In this document: in pieces, positions 10,462 to 22,237 of the stretch
How positions within the stretch are numbered: position 1 is the stretch's first letter
Layout of the letters: the number at the start of each line of letters is the position of its first letter
NCBI GenBank assembly: GCA_963806535.1
Contig: CAWDYC010000011.1
Coordinates: 64,001-128,000 of the forward strand
Direction of reading: 5' to 3'
Length of the DNA stretch: 64,000 nucleotides
From: Candidatus Bathyarchaeota archaeon
Lineage (GTDB): Archaea > Thermoproteota > Bathyarchaeia > Bathyarchaeales > Bathycorpusculaceae
Made by a program: the position numbers and the translations under genes
Notes under the pieces: model-generated
What the model was told of the DNA's origin: nothing
What the model saw: the letters and a program-made list of their open reading frames with translations, nothing else
Database searches by the model: none

Positions 10462-10722
10462 GTGACAAAATTCAAGACAATTAAACCGGGAACTGCTAGT
10501 CTTCCCCTAATGATCTTTGGTTTCTTAGGCAGCTGCGTCGGTATAGTTGCTGATGGTGTATGGATTACTTTTCTAGTTCTTGGTTTCAGTTGGACCGTTT
10601 CTGGCTTAGCATATTTTTTCGCTGACCGAGAAATTACTGATGGAGGTTTGTCGATGGCTTTCTTTTTAGGAATAGTTGGTACACTTCTCTGGCTTTTGGT
10701 TGACTTAAGTCGAACCCAATAA
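10462..10722 (+). CDS. Small membrane protein
   Basis: Three hydrophobic segments. Confidence 0.55.
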   Translation: MTKFKTIKPGTASLPLMIFGFLGSCVGIVADGVWITFLVLGFSWTVSGLAYFFADREITDGGLSMAFFLGIVGTLLWLLVDLSRTQ

Positions 10723-10763
10723 TTTAGCTCTAAATAATCTCCTCATGTCAATTGTGACTACTG

Positions 10764-11000
10764 TTATTTGTTTTGAATGTTTGGTTCCTCAGGTGGATTA
10801 GATGGAGGGGGCGGGGGAAGCAAAGTTTCAGGTGGCGGAGGTGGATAAACTGATGCACTCGCGAGAGCCAAGAACAAAATGAAACAAACACCCGAAATTA
10901 ACGTCAAGAGAAAATTCCCTACGCCTATTCCAACAGCCCAGCAAAGGAAACTAAAAATAGATATTATTGAACATACTACTCTTCGATCAATTTGCCTCAT
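10764..11000 (-). CDS. Small membrane protein with proline-rich tail
   Basis: Two TM helices followed by PPPPPETLLPPPPPSNPP. Confidence 0.6.
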   Translation of the reverse strand: MRQIDRRVVCSIISIFSFLCWAVGIGVGNFLLTLISGVCFILFLALASASVYPPPPPETLLPPPPPSNPPEEPNIQNK

Positions 11001-11184
11001 ATTTTAAGTTTCCTCGAATTTTCTTCATGATTTTTTACTTTTAACTTCAGCCGTTCCACTATTTTTACTCAATGGTTGGTTGGACAAAAATTTAATCCAC
11101 AGCATTACAGTTTTATTGGTCTGTTTTTTATCCATAGAACCCTTTTTATAAATCTCAAACGTTCCCTAGTAATGGCGAAATTTT

Positions 11185-11763
11185 ATGGATATTAACTCTG
11201 TTATTGAAGTGTTAAAATCAAGGCGAGCAGTACGCAGCTATGAAGATAAACTAGTTCCTGATTCAGCAATCAAAATGATGCTTGAGGCAGCGACTTACGC
11301 GCCGTCCGCAATCAACGTTCAACCTTGGAAATTCACGATTGTTACGAATAAAGCGGAGATGAAGCGGCTCTCGGACATGGCAAAACCTATGTTGATTCGG
11401 ATGTTGCCTGATGTGGGTGACGAGGGATTAGTTGGCTTGAAGAAACGTCTTTCCGATCCACAATACAACATTTTCTACAACGCGCCTCTATTAATCTTCA
11501 TATCTAGTGTTCAATCGCCTTACGCAGTTTATGATTGCTCAGCTGCAGCGCAAAACATGATGCTTGCCGGCTACACGCTTGGTCTCGGAAGTTGCTGGAT
11601 AGGCACAGCACGTCTTGTTGCGAATGATCCAAAAGTTAAACCTACCCTTGGTGTGCCAGACGATCATGAAGTTCACGTTGGAGTGATCTTTGGCTATCCA
11701 AAGGGCGGCTTTCCCAAGGCACCTCTGAAACATCCAGCGCAAGTCCTCAAGCGGATTGATTAA
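11185..11763 (+). CDS. Nitroreductase family protein
   Basis: SRRAVRSY, APSAINVQPW, AAAQNMMLA..LGLGSCWIG. Confidence 0.93.
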   Translation: MDINSVIEVLKSRRAVRSYEDKLVPDSAIKMMLEAATYAPSAINVQPWKFTIVTNKAEMKRLSDMAKPMLIRMLPDVGDEGLVGLKKRLSDPQYNIFYNAPLLIFISSVQSPYAVYDCSAAAQNMMLAGYTLGLGSCWIGTARLVANDPKVKPTLGVPDDHEVHVGVIFGYPKGGFPKAPLKHPAQVLKRID

Positions 11764-11772
11764 AGGGATTTT

Positions 11773-12526
11773 GATGGACGTTAAAGGGAAAGTTGCAATT
11801 GTAACAGGGGCATCTGGCGGCATCGGGTTAGCCACAGCCAAACTTCTTTCGAGCAAAGGCGCCAAACTGGCTTTAGTTGCTCGATCAAAAGAAAAGCTGA
11901 AGCAACTAGCCAAGGAATTGCCTGATTCAATTGCGATTCCTGCAGATCTTTCAAAAGTTGAAGACATAAAACGCGTTACAAAGCAGGCATACGAGCACTT
12001 TGGAAGAATCGACATCTTAGTTAACAATGCTGGACAAGGTTATGACGCTCCGATCGAAAAAATCGATCTTGATACGTTCCGTTGCATCATCGACCTTAAC
12101 TTTCTGGGTCCAGTTGTTGCAATGCAGCAAGTTATCCCAATAATGCGTAAGCAAGGGGGCGGCTCCATCATGAATGTGAGTTCTGGTCTAGCGTTAATGT
12201 ATCTGCCCGGCATGAGCGTCTATGCATCGTTGAAACGGGCGCTATCCCACATTAGTTTAACGGCGAGAGAGGAACTAAAAGAAGACAAAATCTCCGTATC
12301 CGTCGTCTACCCATATATCACAAATACAGACTTTGAAGAAAACACCATTAAAGCTGCACCGAGAAACTGGGAAAACACTGATGAGGCCGAAGGAGAGGGC
12401 GGTGGTCCACCGTTTAAGGCTGACTCAGCTGAGTTTGTGGCTCAGAAGATTGTTGAGGGTATCGAGAGCGGTGAAGCGGAAGTTTTTGTGCATGACTGGA
12501 TGAAGCGAGCTCCCGCAGTTAGCTGA
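11773..12526 (+). CDS. Short-chain dehydrogenase/reductase
   Basis: TGASGGIG, VNNAG, YASLK motifs; probable start at MDVKGK. Confidence 0.92.
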
Positions 12527-12938
12527 TTCCAAACTTTTTTCTTACATTTTTTGTGCTCAAGTAAATAATAACCATTATGCTCCAGGTTATTTCTGTTGGT
12601 GGCGCAAAACTTGGGATTCCAGGAATGCTGGGCAAATTTAGAATCCTTAACGTGTCTACAACAATGACAAATACTAAGACCGCAACTGTGCCTATCCAAC
12701 CTGCTTTTTTGCCCTTCCAGATAAACCATGCAAAAACTGAAACGAGCAAGCCAAAAACTACCGTGTAAATGTCATAGGTTAATGAGGCTGGCAGAATGGC
12801 TGAGCTTGACACCAAAAGCAGTAATCCGACAAGGAAATGTATGACTCCGATGAATAGTTGTTCGGCAGTTAAAATGGCGATGCCTATGCTTCTGCCGTTG
12901 ACAGTGATTGGTTCACGCTTGACACCCATGCAGTTCAC
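12519..12938 (-). CDS. Membrane protein (about 4 TM)
   Basis: Hydrophobic helices, basic C-terminus. Confidence 0.7.
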   Translation of the reverse strand: MNCMGVKREPITVNGRSIGIAILTAEQLFIGVIHFLVGLLLLVSSSAILPASLTYDIYTVVFGLLVSVFAWFIWKGKKAGWIGTVAVLVFVIVVDTLRILNLPSIPGIPSFAPPTEITWSIMVIIYLSTKNVRKKFGIS

Positions 12939-13083
12939 CTTAAATCAAATTAATTAATGGAACATGAAGAAGAGATATAACTTTCTACACCAAAAAGGCA
13001 GTTCATTCCAAAGCTATGAAACTTCGAAGCAAGTTAAAGCCTTATATCCGAAAAACACTCACTTAAACCATTGACGGAAGTGC

Positions 13084-14038
13084 TTGCCCATGGACTACGT
13101 CATTGAAACCACCGATTTAACCAAGAATTTCGGTTCATTAACAGCCGTAAACAAGCTAAACCTAAAAGTTCAAAAAAACACAATCCATGGCTTTTTAGGT
13201 CCAAACGGTGCAGGAAAAACAACTACCATAAAAATCCTTGTCGGATTGCTAAAGCCTACTTCTGGTTCAGTTAAAGTGTTAGGGCAAGAAGTGCATGTTG
13301 ATGATGCCGATTCACGTTTAGGCATCGGTTACATGTCTGAGTTGCCCAAGTTTCCTAAACATCTCAAAGGCGCTGAAATGCTTGATATTTACGGGCGAAT
13401 GTACGGCATGACAGAGCAGCAGAGAGCTGAACAAATCCCTAAGCTAATTGACTTGGTCGGCTTAAAAGGTAGAGAAAACGACCTTATCGGAAAATATAGC
13501 AAGGGCATGCAACAGCGCATCGGTATCGCCCAAGCATTGTTAAACAACCCAGAACTGGTTATTTTGGATGAGCCAAGCATCGGTTTAGACCCAGTTGGAA
13601 TGGTTGAAGTTCGAGAACTAGTTAAAACCATTTCAAAAGAAGGCATAACTGTTTTTCTCTCTTCTCACTTGCTTTTTGAGGTTGAGCAAATCTGCGATCA
13701 CGTTACAATAATTAATAAGGGCTTAATGTTAGCCTCTGATACTTTGCAGAATGTTTCCGGCATGATTTCAGAATCGCCAATGATACATATTGAATTAACT
13801 GACTTGTCGGACGCGGTTATTGCAGCAGTTAAGAAGTTGCCTTTTGTTTCAGGCACTTGGAAAACCGGCTAACACCTTGATTATTCAGGTGAACACACGT
13901 GATGATGTTCGGGCGCAGGTTTCTAAAGAAGTTACAGGTTCAGGCGGAGTTATCGTTGGCATGAGCCAAAAAAGCTCGAATTTGGAAGACGTATTTATTC
14001 AATTAGTTACTAAAGACCAAGGAGGAAAACCCCAATGA
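13084..14038 (+). CDS. ABC-2 type transporter ATP-binding protein (frameshift near 13860)
   Basis: GPNGAGKTT, YSKGMQQR, ILDEP, SSH; C-terminal SNLEDVFIQL lies in 13820..14038. Confidence 0.9.
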
Positions 14039-15006
14039 CAACAATAGCCCCAACTGCTAAGAGAGCTCATCCAAGCTGGTTTACACGCTTCTGGGCAGTT
14101 GTAAGATATGAAATGCTTTGGAACATACGCAAGAAAAAGTTCATAGCTGCACTTGTAATAGCTTTTGTCTTAGCTACTGTAGATTTAGCGTTACCTGCAG
14201 TTCTGAAAGTAGGGCAAAACCCCTACTTTGCAGCTACTTTCAGTGGCGGAAGTTTCACTTTTTTCCTGTTTGGAATTGTAACTGCTATGAACAGCATTTC
14301 AGGAGAGTATGAAAGCGGCACAATTGTTTCCTTGTTAACTAAGCCCGTATCTCGAACTATGGTTTTCTTTGGAAAACTATTCGCTACGTTCATAGTTATT
14401 TTGGCATCGTATGTTGTGATTTTCAGCTACTCAACAATCGGGGGACTTCTTGTTTATGGACCACAAAACAGCCTCTACCTTGTGCCCCTTGCTCTATTGG
14501 GCGATATAATTAGCACATTTATCTGGGTAGCCATAGTTTTAGCTGCCGCATCCATCTCAAAAAGTTCACTACTTGCACTTTTGACTGCTTTAGGCTTGTT
14601 TATTGCATTGTCTTTAGGAGCAAGTGTCGTTGCAGCGTTCTCTGCTGATCCTGGAGTTATTGGAGGGCTAAACTATCTGCCAGGCGGTGGAGCCTCAGGA
14701 ATCATGAATATTACAGCTGGCCAAAACACTACCATAGCAAATGTTACAATTAATACCGTAACATCCGTTTCAAGCGGAACAGATAGCATCGGCTCCAACA
14801 TGGTGAAATCTATTCTTTTCCCAAATGCCAACGTGCTATTTACACATACAAACGTTCTGAGCAACCCACCAGCGCCGCCAACATTGCTTTACACTGAGTC
14901 TATCTCGCTGATTGCATCGCGAGCAATTGGTATAGCGTTTTTGTACATTGTTGTCTTTCTACTAATTGCTTGGTATGCCTTTAAACGGTCACAAATACTA
15001 GAATAG
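14035..15006 (+). CDS. ABC-2 type transporter permease
   Basis: ISGEYESGTIVSLLTKPVSR...GK motif; multiple TM; overlaps the ATPase stop. Confidence 0.9.
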   Translation: MTTIAPTAKRAHPSWFTRFWAVVRYEMLWNIRKKKFIAALVIAFVLATVDLALPAVLKVGQNPYFAATFSGGSFTFFLFGIVTAMNSISGEYESGTIVSLLTKPVSRTMVFFGKLFATFIVILASYVVIFSYSTIGGLLVYGPQNSLYLVPLALLGDIISTFIWVAIVLAAASISKSSLLALLTALGLFIALSLGASVVAAFSADPGVIGGLNYLPGGGASGIMNITAGQNTTIANVTINTVTSVSSGTDSIGSNMVKSILFPNANVLFTHTNVLSNPPAPPTLLYTESISLIASRAIGIAFLYIVVFLLIAWYAFKRSQILE

Positions 15007-15015
15007 AAAACGGTT

Positions 15016-15353
15016 TCAGCTGCTCATCAGTTTGGCAAGTGTAGTTACGAATTGACCGATGCGTTCGCTGTTTCTGCCATAATCTGCTATAGAAGTTATG
15101 GTGGTGACAGGGGTTTCAACCAATAGAGACATTTGCGTAGTTTTCTCATCTATCAACTGTTAAGTCAATTTTAAGTGTTGAGGGGTAAGATATGAAGCCA
15201 CCTTTAGTTTTAACTTTAAGATGGTGAGTAGCTTCGTCTGTTTCTTGGATTTTCCAATCAAGCTTTTCAATTGCCTTAGGAATAGCTTCCCAAACTGCAT
15301 TAAGCGGGTATGAAATTTCAATTTTTTCTTTTTGCTCTTTTAAGATAAGCCAT
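15016..15353 (-). CDS. Hypothetical protein (~110 aa), frameshifted, absent from ORF track
   Basis: MAYL...KEKIEISYPLNAVWEAIPKAIEKLDWKIQETDEATHHLKVKTKGGFISYPSTLKIDL...IDEKTTQMSLLVETPVTTITSIADYGRNSERI...; directly follows apgM. Confidence 0.6.
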
Positions 15354-15364
15354 GTTTTTTCACC

Positions 15365-16646
15365 TTATTTTTTTAATAGTTCCATAAGTTTTGGCATTAA
15401 TTCGCAACCGCGATCTATTGTGCCTAAGCTTCCTTTAGCACATTCTTTCTCGCAGAACTTTACAGCTTTTCCGCTGCCTTCTATTTTGTCCCCTGAAATC
15501 AGCACGGGCACTGGCGTGTCGCTATGCACTTTTAAGGAACATGGGGTTGCATGATCTGTCGTTATGCAGATAAGGTTGTCTTTGAGAGAAATTTGCTTTA
15601 GCAATGGTCCAAAGAAGTATTTGTCGATGGCTGAGATAATTTGAGTTTTCAGAATGCAGTTGCCGTCATGTCCAGGTTCATCTGGACCTTTAAGGTGAAT
15701 GTAGAAACAGTCATGTTTGGGCAGTATGTCTAGTAAGGCTTTGACTCTTACTTCGCAGTCTTTTTGGAGGTTGCCTGAAGGCGGCGGCAAAAGCATTGAG
15801 TCCATTCCTGCCAGTTGTGCTATGCCTCGTTCAGCATGCATGTCGGCTAAACATGCAAAGTTCAACATGGTACCGCTCGTTTATGTTGAAGAATTTTGGA
15901 AGTAGATGTCCTGCATCTCTGGTTAAAACAACATTAGCTTTAAGCTTGCCCTCAGCCGCACGCTTCAAGTTCACTGGATGGTTGTCCCACAGCTTATGCG
16001 TTTTATCGATAAACTCGTTGACTAATGCTGCGGAAACTTTTGATGCCTCTGTTTTGTCGGTGGGTTCGCAGGTTTTCAAGACCATGTCAACTTCAGCTTT
16101 TGCCACTCCAAGTCCGTTAACTATTGTGTAGGCTGGGTCGCTGTTTGTTATGTTGCTTGAAAGAGGTTTCTTTTTGCTTTTTATTAGTAGAACTGCCCTG
16201 TGCCCCAGTGTGTTTCGGAATTCAAATGTGGCGGGGTACGATTCAAGTTTAACTTGCTTGTTAGCGGCTTGGCTTAGCTCGGTGGCTTCTTCAGTGGTTA
16301 GACTTCTTGCAACTCGACGGTCAATTATGGTTTTTCCTTCACCTAAAGTTGCAAAGTTACATCTTAAGGCTAAATCGCCATCTTTCATTTTCAAGCCTGC
16401 GCCAGCGGCTTCGATAACGCCTCTGCCAGTGCTGTATTTGAAAGGGTCATATCCTAAAAGAGAAATAACTGCAACATCACTCTCAGGCGCTACACCCTTC
16501 TTCACCGAATACATCAAGCCAATTTTGCCATTTTTGGCAAGAGCATCCATGTTAGGAGTTTCTGCGGCTTCCAAGGGTGTTTTGTTGCCTAAACTTTTAA
16601 TTGGTAAATCTCCCATGCCGTCTATTGCAACGTAAATTAATTTCAA
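15365..16646 (-). CDS. apgM: 2,3-bisphosphoglycerate-independent phosphoglycerate mutase, archaeal type (frameshift near 15865)
   Basis: IDGMGDLP..KTPLEAA.TPNMD, PESDVA, GRGVIEAAG, HLKGPDEPGHDG, TTDHATP. Confidence 0.9.
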
Positions 16647-16717
16647 ACCTGCTTTTCCTCCTGCAAACTGGAGCTAACTCGACTGCTAAGCTTTATTATT
16701 CTTTTCATAAAAACAAC

Positions 16718-17677
16718 CTATTTTTTCAAAGAAAGAACATTTCTAATCTTCTCTTGTGTAGCTTGCGGAGTTTCGGTTGTATTCACAAGGTAGACTTCTG
16801 TTTGTTCAAAGAGTTTTCGGAAGAAGTTTTTTCTAAGCTCGATTTTTCTTTCATCTCTGACTAATTGGTGTGGATTACAAAAGTTGTGATCTAACATGTA
16901 CTTCAAGGCTTCTTCAGAATTTAAATGGCTTACAATGTTTTTGTCTTGAGGGTCTCGTTTTAGCAGAATTATTTTGTGCAAAGTCGCCATTGGAATTACG
17001 CCTCCTCCTCCTACAATCCACCGAACATTCACAATTGCCCTGCCTCTTTGGTCAAACTGCGCTTTATCCACCAAACTTTCGTACTTATTCCAAATCTTGC
17101 CTAAATCTGCATCAATGTAACAGTTTTTTTCGGAACCGAATGCTAAAGGCAAATGGCTTGAGAGCCTAACGAAGTACCAATCGTCAGAAATTAACCTCGC
17201 ATTTTTAAGAAGCAACAATCCCCAAGAATGGGTCGTTTTGCCTGTGCCTGAAGGCGCAATTATCGAAACACCTAAGCAACCGATGTCGATTGCAGCGCCG
17301 TGAACAGAGTAAATTCTATGTTCATCTTCTAAAATGTCACCTGCAACAGCAAGTGCTATGCTTTTTATCCATCCATAATAGTCAACGTTGACTAAAAAAG
17401 CGGTTTTCGTGTATGGATCATATTTTACGCTTAAGGGTTGACCGGGCTCATTGACAACTACAAGTCGTCCGTGGGACCTGTTGTTTTCGTTTGCTGTGAA
17501 AAAATTGTCTTCCCATTTATTTCTAGTAGCTTCAGTCTCGGTTAATAGTTTGATGCAGCAACCGTAGACTTCAGCTTTGCTTGTATAAAGTAATCTATGC
17601 TCGTATGTTTCGAATAGCCTGTCTTTTTCTTCTGGGTCAATTAATTGGACAACATAGCTCACTGGATGCATCCTCAA
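16718..17677 (-). CDS. HPr kinase/PEPCK-like P-loop protein
   Basis: HGAAID...IIAPSGTGKTT...LISDDW. Confidence 0.75.
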   Translation of the reverse strand: MRMHPVSYVVQLIDPEEKDRLFETYEHRLLYTSKAEVYGCCIKLLTETEATRNKWEDNFFTANENNRSHGRLVVVNEPGQPLSVKYDPYTKTAFLVNVDYYGWIKSIALAVAGDILEDEHRIYSVHGAAIDIGCLGVSIIAPSGTGKTTHSWGLLLLKNARLISDDWYFVRLSSHLPLAFGSEKNCYIDADLGKIWNKYESLVDKAQFDQRGRAIVNVRWIVGGGGVIPMATLHKIILLKRDPQDKNIVSHLNSEEALKYMLDHNFCNPHQLVRDERKIELRKNFFRKLFEQTEVYLVNTTETPQATQEKIRNVLSLKK

Positions 17678-18034
17678 AACAGTTTAAACTAGAACTTAGT
17701 GACGGATAAGTATTTCGAGATGAGATAAAACTGCAAAGATGAGTTTTGCAGGTAGAAAAAATTATGTACGGATTTTCTCGCAAATTTTTTTTCTGCGTTT
17801 TGAGTTGCTTTCTGCTATAGGTTTGACAAGGTATTCGTTATGGTTTTGGCTTAAATTGTTGGTTATTAAACAAGCTCTGTTATTTGCTTAGTATCAGAGA
17901 AACAAAAGAATAGTTCCCAAGATACAAAATTATATAATTCTTGTTCAATATATAAAATCAAATAACAGTTGAAAATTGCTAAAAATAATTCTTATATTTT
18001 AGTTTGCAGATCCCAAGTATTCTGGCACAGTTAT

Positions 18035-20237
18035 TCAATCTTTGTTATATTCAGCTGCCTTTTTAGTTTCAATGGGGAGAGTAACTTTGAATGTTGTTCC
18101 TTTGCCTTTCTCTGTTTCAACCCCTATAGATCCATTATGTGCCTCAATTACGCGTTTGCATATTGCTAAGCCAAAGCCCATACCTTGCGCTTTCGTAGTG
18201 ACCAATGGTGTGAAAATTTTCTGCAAGATTGCTTCTGGAATGCCACTGCCCGTATCAGCGAAAGTAATTTCAACGTTCTCATTTGTTTGCTTGCAACATA
18301 TTGTAATTGTTCCTCCGTTTGGCATGGCTTCTATCGCGTTTTTGACAAAGTTGATGAAAACGCGTTCTATCTTGTTTTTGTCAACTCTAAAAGTTGGATC
18401 TTCTGAAACGTTGTTTATGATCTTTATGTTTTCTGGAATTCTTACCATCGACAACGCGTTTACCAGAACGTTCTGCACGGGGTTTAATTCAAGTTCCAAT
18501 TGTATGTTTCTAGCATAGTCTAATAGGTCATTGATGATTTTGTCTGAATGGTCAATTCCTTTCCCGATTATCTCAAGCAGTTCTTTAGCCTGCTCTTCTT
18601 TAATTGAAGTACCTTTCTTTTTCAAGAGGTAGACTGCGTTTTTTATTGCTGCTAAAGGATTTCGCAAATCATGACCAACCATTCCTGCCTAGCTCCCCAA
18701 TGGCAACTAATCTTTCTGCATTAAACAGCTTCTTCTCCAATTCTTTCTTTTCAGTTAAATCTCTAAGTATCGTAACAAAACCGTACGGCATATGCTTAGA
18801 ATCCTGCAAGGAACTAATAGCCAGCTCAACCGGATATGTGGATCCATCTTTCTTTTTGATGTTGCACTCAAAAATTACCTTTGAACCATTTTCAACGAGA
18901 CCTTCCAAAAGTTTAGACACTCTTTTAGAATCTTCGATGGACATAAAGGAGAAGGCTGGTTTTCCAATCAGGTCACCACGGGTGTAACCAGTGAATTCAT
19001 TCATTTGCCGATTGTATTCAATTATGTTTGTTTGGAGGTCGGTTGCTATAATAGTATCTGGAGAGGCGAGGAATATGCTCCTTAACTTTTCTTGACTATT
19101 TTTTAGTTCTGAAGTTCTTTCTTCAACTTTTGTTTCAAGTCTTTCAGCATATTTCTTAAGCGTCTCACGGGAATCATGTATCGTAGCAAGCAAATCATTA
19201 ATTCGGTTGCCCAAATTCGACAACTCGTCATTTCCTTGAACAGTAACCTTATTTGGATTGTCACTGTCGGGTTTTATTTTGGCTACATCATTAGTGAGTC
19301 GACTTACTCTCGAAAGTATAACTTTATCTAGCAAAAAAGAAGTTACAACAAAAATGACAATGCCCAAAACAGCAAATGAAACAATAAGATAGTTCAAACT
19401 ATTTTCTGCCTGCAAGTATTCAGACCTGTAACTATCGACTTTTGCGATTAAAATGGGTGAGCCGCTCACATCTTGGAGCAAAACGTAGCCTGCTATATTA
19501 GTTCTGTTTGTGACTTGTGCAAAGACTGGTTTTTGAAGTGAAAGACTCTTGCTTGCTAATTGAAAATCCGTTGGCATTTGAGTACCTATCGTACGTATTT
19601 GGATAGATAATCCGACAGCTTGGGAAAGAGCGTTACACTCTGATTGGTCGAGAAAAATGCCTATGATTACTGCTCCACCAACAGGCCCCTCAGCTGCACT
19701 GGTTAGAATAGGCTGTGAGATTATGAGCATTGGAGACCCTTCTAAGCGAATAAGTCCCCCTTCGCTTTGTTGTTTGTCATCAGTATAAAGTAAATTATTT
19801 TTAAGCATTTGGCTAATTTCGGAGTATGAAATGTTGATGTTTGTTTGATTTTCAAGGTTTAATGCTTTTCCAAATACTAATTGTCGGGATTGATTGACAA
19901 AAAGCATCATGTTTAGTCCTAGATTGATTAAGGTCTGGTCGGGCAGGTTCGCAATTATGTAGTCTGTATTGTTGTCTTGAATGAATTTGTAAGTGTCGTC
20001 CCATTGGGACCAGTCAATGTCGGTTTGATTTAGGTTTTGAAGCTTTATGTTCAGGTTTGTGACAAATCTTTGGGCATTAGATTCGGCTTCTTTGTTCTCG
20101 GTTACAGTGATACTGTCTAACATTATTTTTTGAGCAACAGTATAAACAACAGACATTAACATAATTGTTGTTAAGAGAAGTATGAGGAGTGTTTTTGAAC
20201 GTATTTTCACGAATAGGAAACCGCCGTACGCGTACAA
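18035..20237 (-). CDS. Sensor histidine kinase CHASE4-HAMP-PAS-HisKA-HATPase (frameshift near 18685)
   Basis: DWSQWDDTY (CHASE4), GNDELS (HAMP), PAS, HDLRNPL, N-box, DTGSGI, GMGFGL. Confidence 0.9.
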
Positions 20238-20671
20238 CTAAATTTCAAAGACGATGTAGTAAAGAATTATGAATTAGTGGTAGTTAGTCTGAATACGGTC
20301 CGAATTGAATACTTGTTGAAACTTTGAATCTTACTCGAATAAAGCCTGAGATGACATTTCCAACAGAGACTCAGAATTTTCCAGTGCGGTGTTCCTTCTT
20401 TTTATATAAAAGAAGATGGCTAATCAATAATTTTTTCCAAAAAATGACATGATTTAGAAATTTTTCTTTGAAATAGCCTTATTTCAATCTTTTTTCTTGC
20501 TCTTTTTGAAATATGCCTAGGGGACAGCGTTTATTAGTCTCGAAAAACATCTTTAAATTAATCCCAAAAAAATGGGAAAAGTCTTGTTGCCTCAAACCAA
20601 GCATGCGTTTGCTTTGTGGTTGCAGTGACTTAAATCGCTTATCGCTCAACATTAAAGTTGAAGAAAGCATC

Positions 20672-21097
20672 ATGTCTAAACAAAGAAGGATGATTAAGGT
20701 GGAAACGCCTAAAAAAACAATACTTGTCGTTGACGATGATAAATCAATTCTTAGAACGTTCACGCGTATTCTTCAAAAAAGCGGTTATGAAATTGATGTT
20801 GCCGAAACCGGAAAAGAAGCAATTGAAAAAGCAGAAAATCGACATTTCGATTTGGCACTAGTTGACATCAGACTTCCAGATATGGATGGCACTGATTTAC
20901 TTGCAAAACTCAAAAAGCAGCTTCAGACCACAGTAAAAATAATGATTACTGGTTTTCCATCACTCGAAACTGGTGTTAAAGCTCTTGACGAAGGTGCGGA
21001 TGCTTATTTGGTTAAGCCTGTAAAACCTCAGGAACTGCTAATGCTTCTGGAAGAGAAATTGAAAAACAGGGAAGACCCTCAAGAAGCAAAAAGCTAA
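20672..21097 (+). CDS. Single-domain response regulator (start uncertain)
   Basis: ILVVDDD, LVDIRLPDMDG, MITG, YLVKP. Confidence 0.9.
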   Translation: MSKQRRMIKVETPKKTILVVDDDKSILRTFTRILQKSGYEIDVAETGKEAIEKAENRHFDLALVDIRLPDMDGTDLLAKLKKQLQTTVKIMITGFPSLETGVKALDEGADAYLVKPVKPQELLMLLEEKLKNREDPQEAKS

Positions 21098-21144
21098 AAA
21101 TTTAAGGGCAATCTGGCCCAATGAAGAATAATTTTAATATAAAG

Positions 21145-22128
21145 TTAAGCCAGTCTAAGCTTAACACTCAATTTTTCGGATAATTTCTCAAGATCTTGCA
21201 CTGTATAGAAAAAAGCCATCCAAGACCACTTACCCCATCTTCGGATGCCTTCACTCTTTACTTCTTCGACAGCTTGCCTGTTATTCACAGGCTCTTTTCC
21301 AAAGAATAGCTTACCGAAGACTTCAACAGACCAAACATCTATAGGGAAACCGCCATTGGGATTTATTATGTCCGCAGAATAATCGCCAATGCCTGGGAGT
21401 TCCATCAATTTATTTTTTGCTTCCTCAGGACTTAGCTTTTCCAGCTCCTCTAGTGTGGGAAAGCCTTCTTTCACAAGCTTGTCGGATAGCTTGACGATAC
21501 GTTTTGCCCTATAGCCAATCTTGCAATCTTTTGCAAAAACTTCTGGATTTAGTTTAGCAAGCCTCTGTGGAGAAGGCCATGTATAGATAGTTTTGTCGTC
21601 AAATTCCGCTTTCTCACCGAACTTCCTAATCACACAGTCCATCATTTCATTACTCCTTTTGAGCGGAGCCATTTGGAGAAGTATGGCTAAAATTGCATCA
21701 GGAAATACAGTATCCCCCGATGATGTGCTATGCATGCCGAACAAATCAGCGACTACATACTTTAGAATTGGATCCTTCTTTGCGAGGATATAGAATTCGC
21801 GCAGATCGTCGTCGGCGCCAATGCTGTGTACTATTGTCTTTTTTATTTTGTCGAGTGCTTCTTTAGAGGGATTTCTTTCGAGGAAAATTTTTGCCTCTAT
21901 GCGAGGATTTTCTATAGTTCCTTTGGAAGTGAGCTTTAATCCGACAAGGGCGTCACTGAGAAGCACGGCTGTCCAGAGAGTACTCTTCTCATAGACCTCC
22001 AGAGGCGTAAACAACGGCCAGCCAGCTGGCTTCCTGATTGTAATGTTAAAGTTGTAGGGAGGAATCGGTTTTATTTCGTAAGTTAACGAGTGACTAAGTT
22101 TGACCATTAAAGTCACTTTCCGCTGCAT
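21145..22128 (-). CDS. HhH-GPD DNA glycosylase (AlkA/Ogg-like)
   Basis: GYRAKRI, LMELPGIGDYSAD, FPIDVW. Confidence 0.85.
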   Translation of the reverse strand: MQRKVTLMVKLSHSLTYEIKPIPPYNFNITIRKPAGWPLFTPLEVYEKSTLWTAVLLSDALVGLKLTSKGTIENPRIEAKIFLERNPSKEALDKIKKTIVHSIGADDDLREFYILAKKDPILKYVVADLFGMHSTSSGDTVFPDAILAILLQMAPLKRSNEMMDCVIRKFGEKAEFDDKTIYTWPSPQRLAKLNPEVFAKDCKIGYRAKRIVKLSDKLVKEGFPTLEELEKLSPEEAKNKLMELPGIGDYSADIINPNGGFPIDVWSVEVFGKLFFGKEPVNNRQAVEEVKSEGIRRWGKWSWMAFFYTVQDLEKLSEKLSVKLRLA

Positions 22129-22237
22129 AGCTAAATTGGTTTGTTATCCTTTTTGAATACAGTTTGCGTGCGCTAAATTGTTTTTCATGCATGCCTATTG
22201 AATTCAAACCTAAAAATAAAGGAAAAGTAAATTTCGG

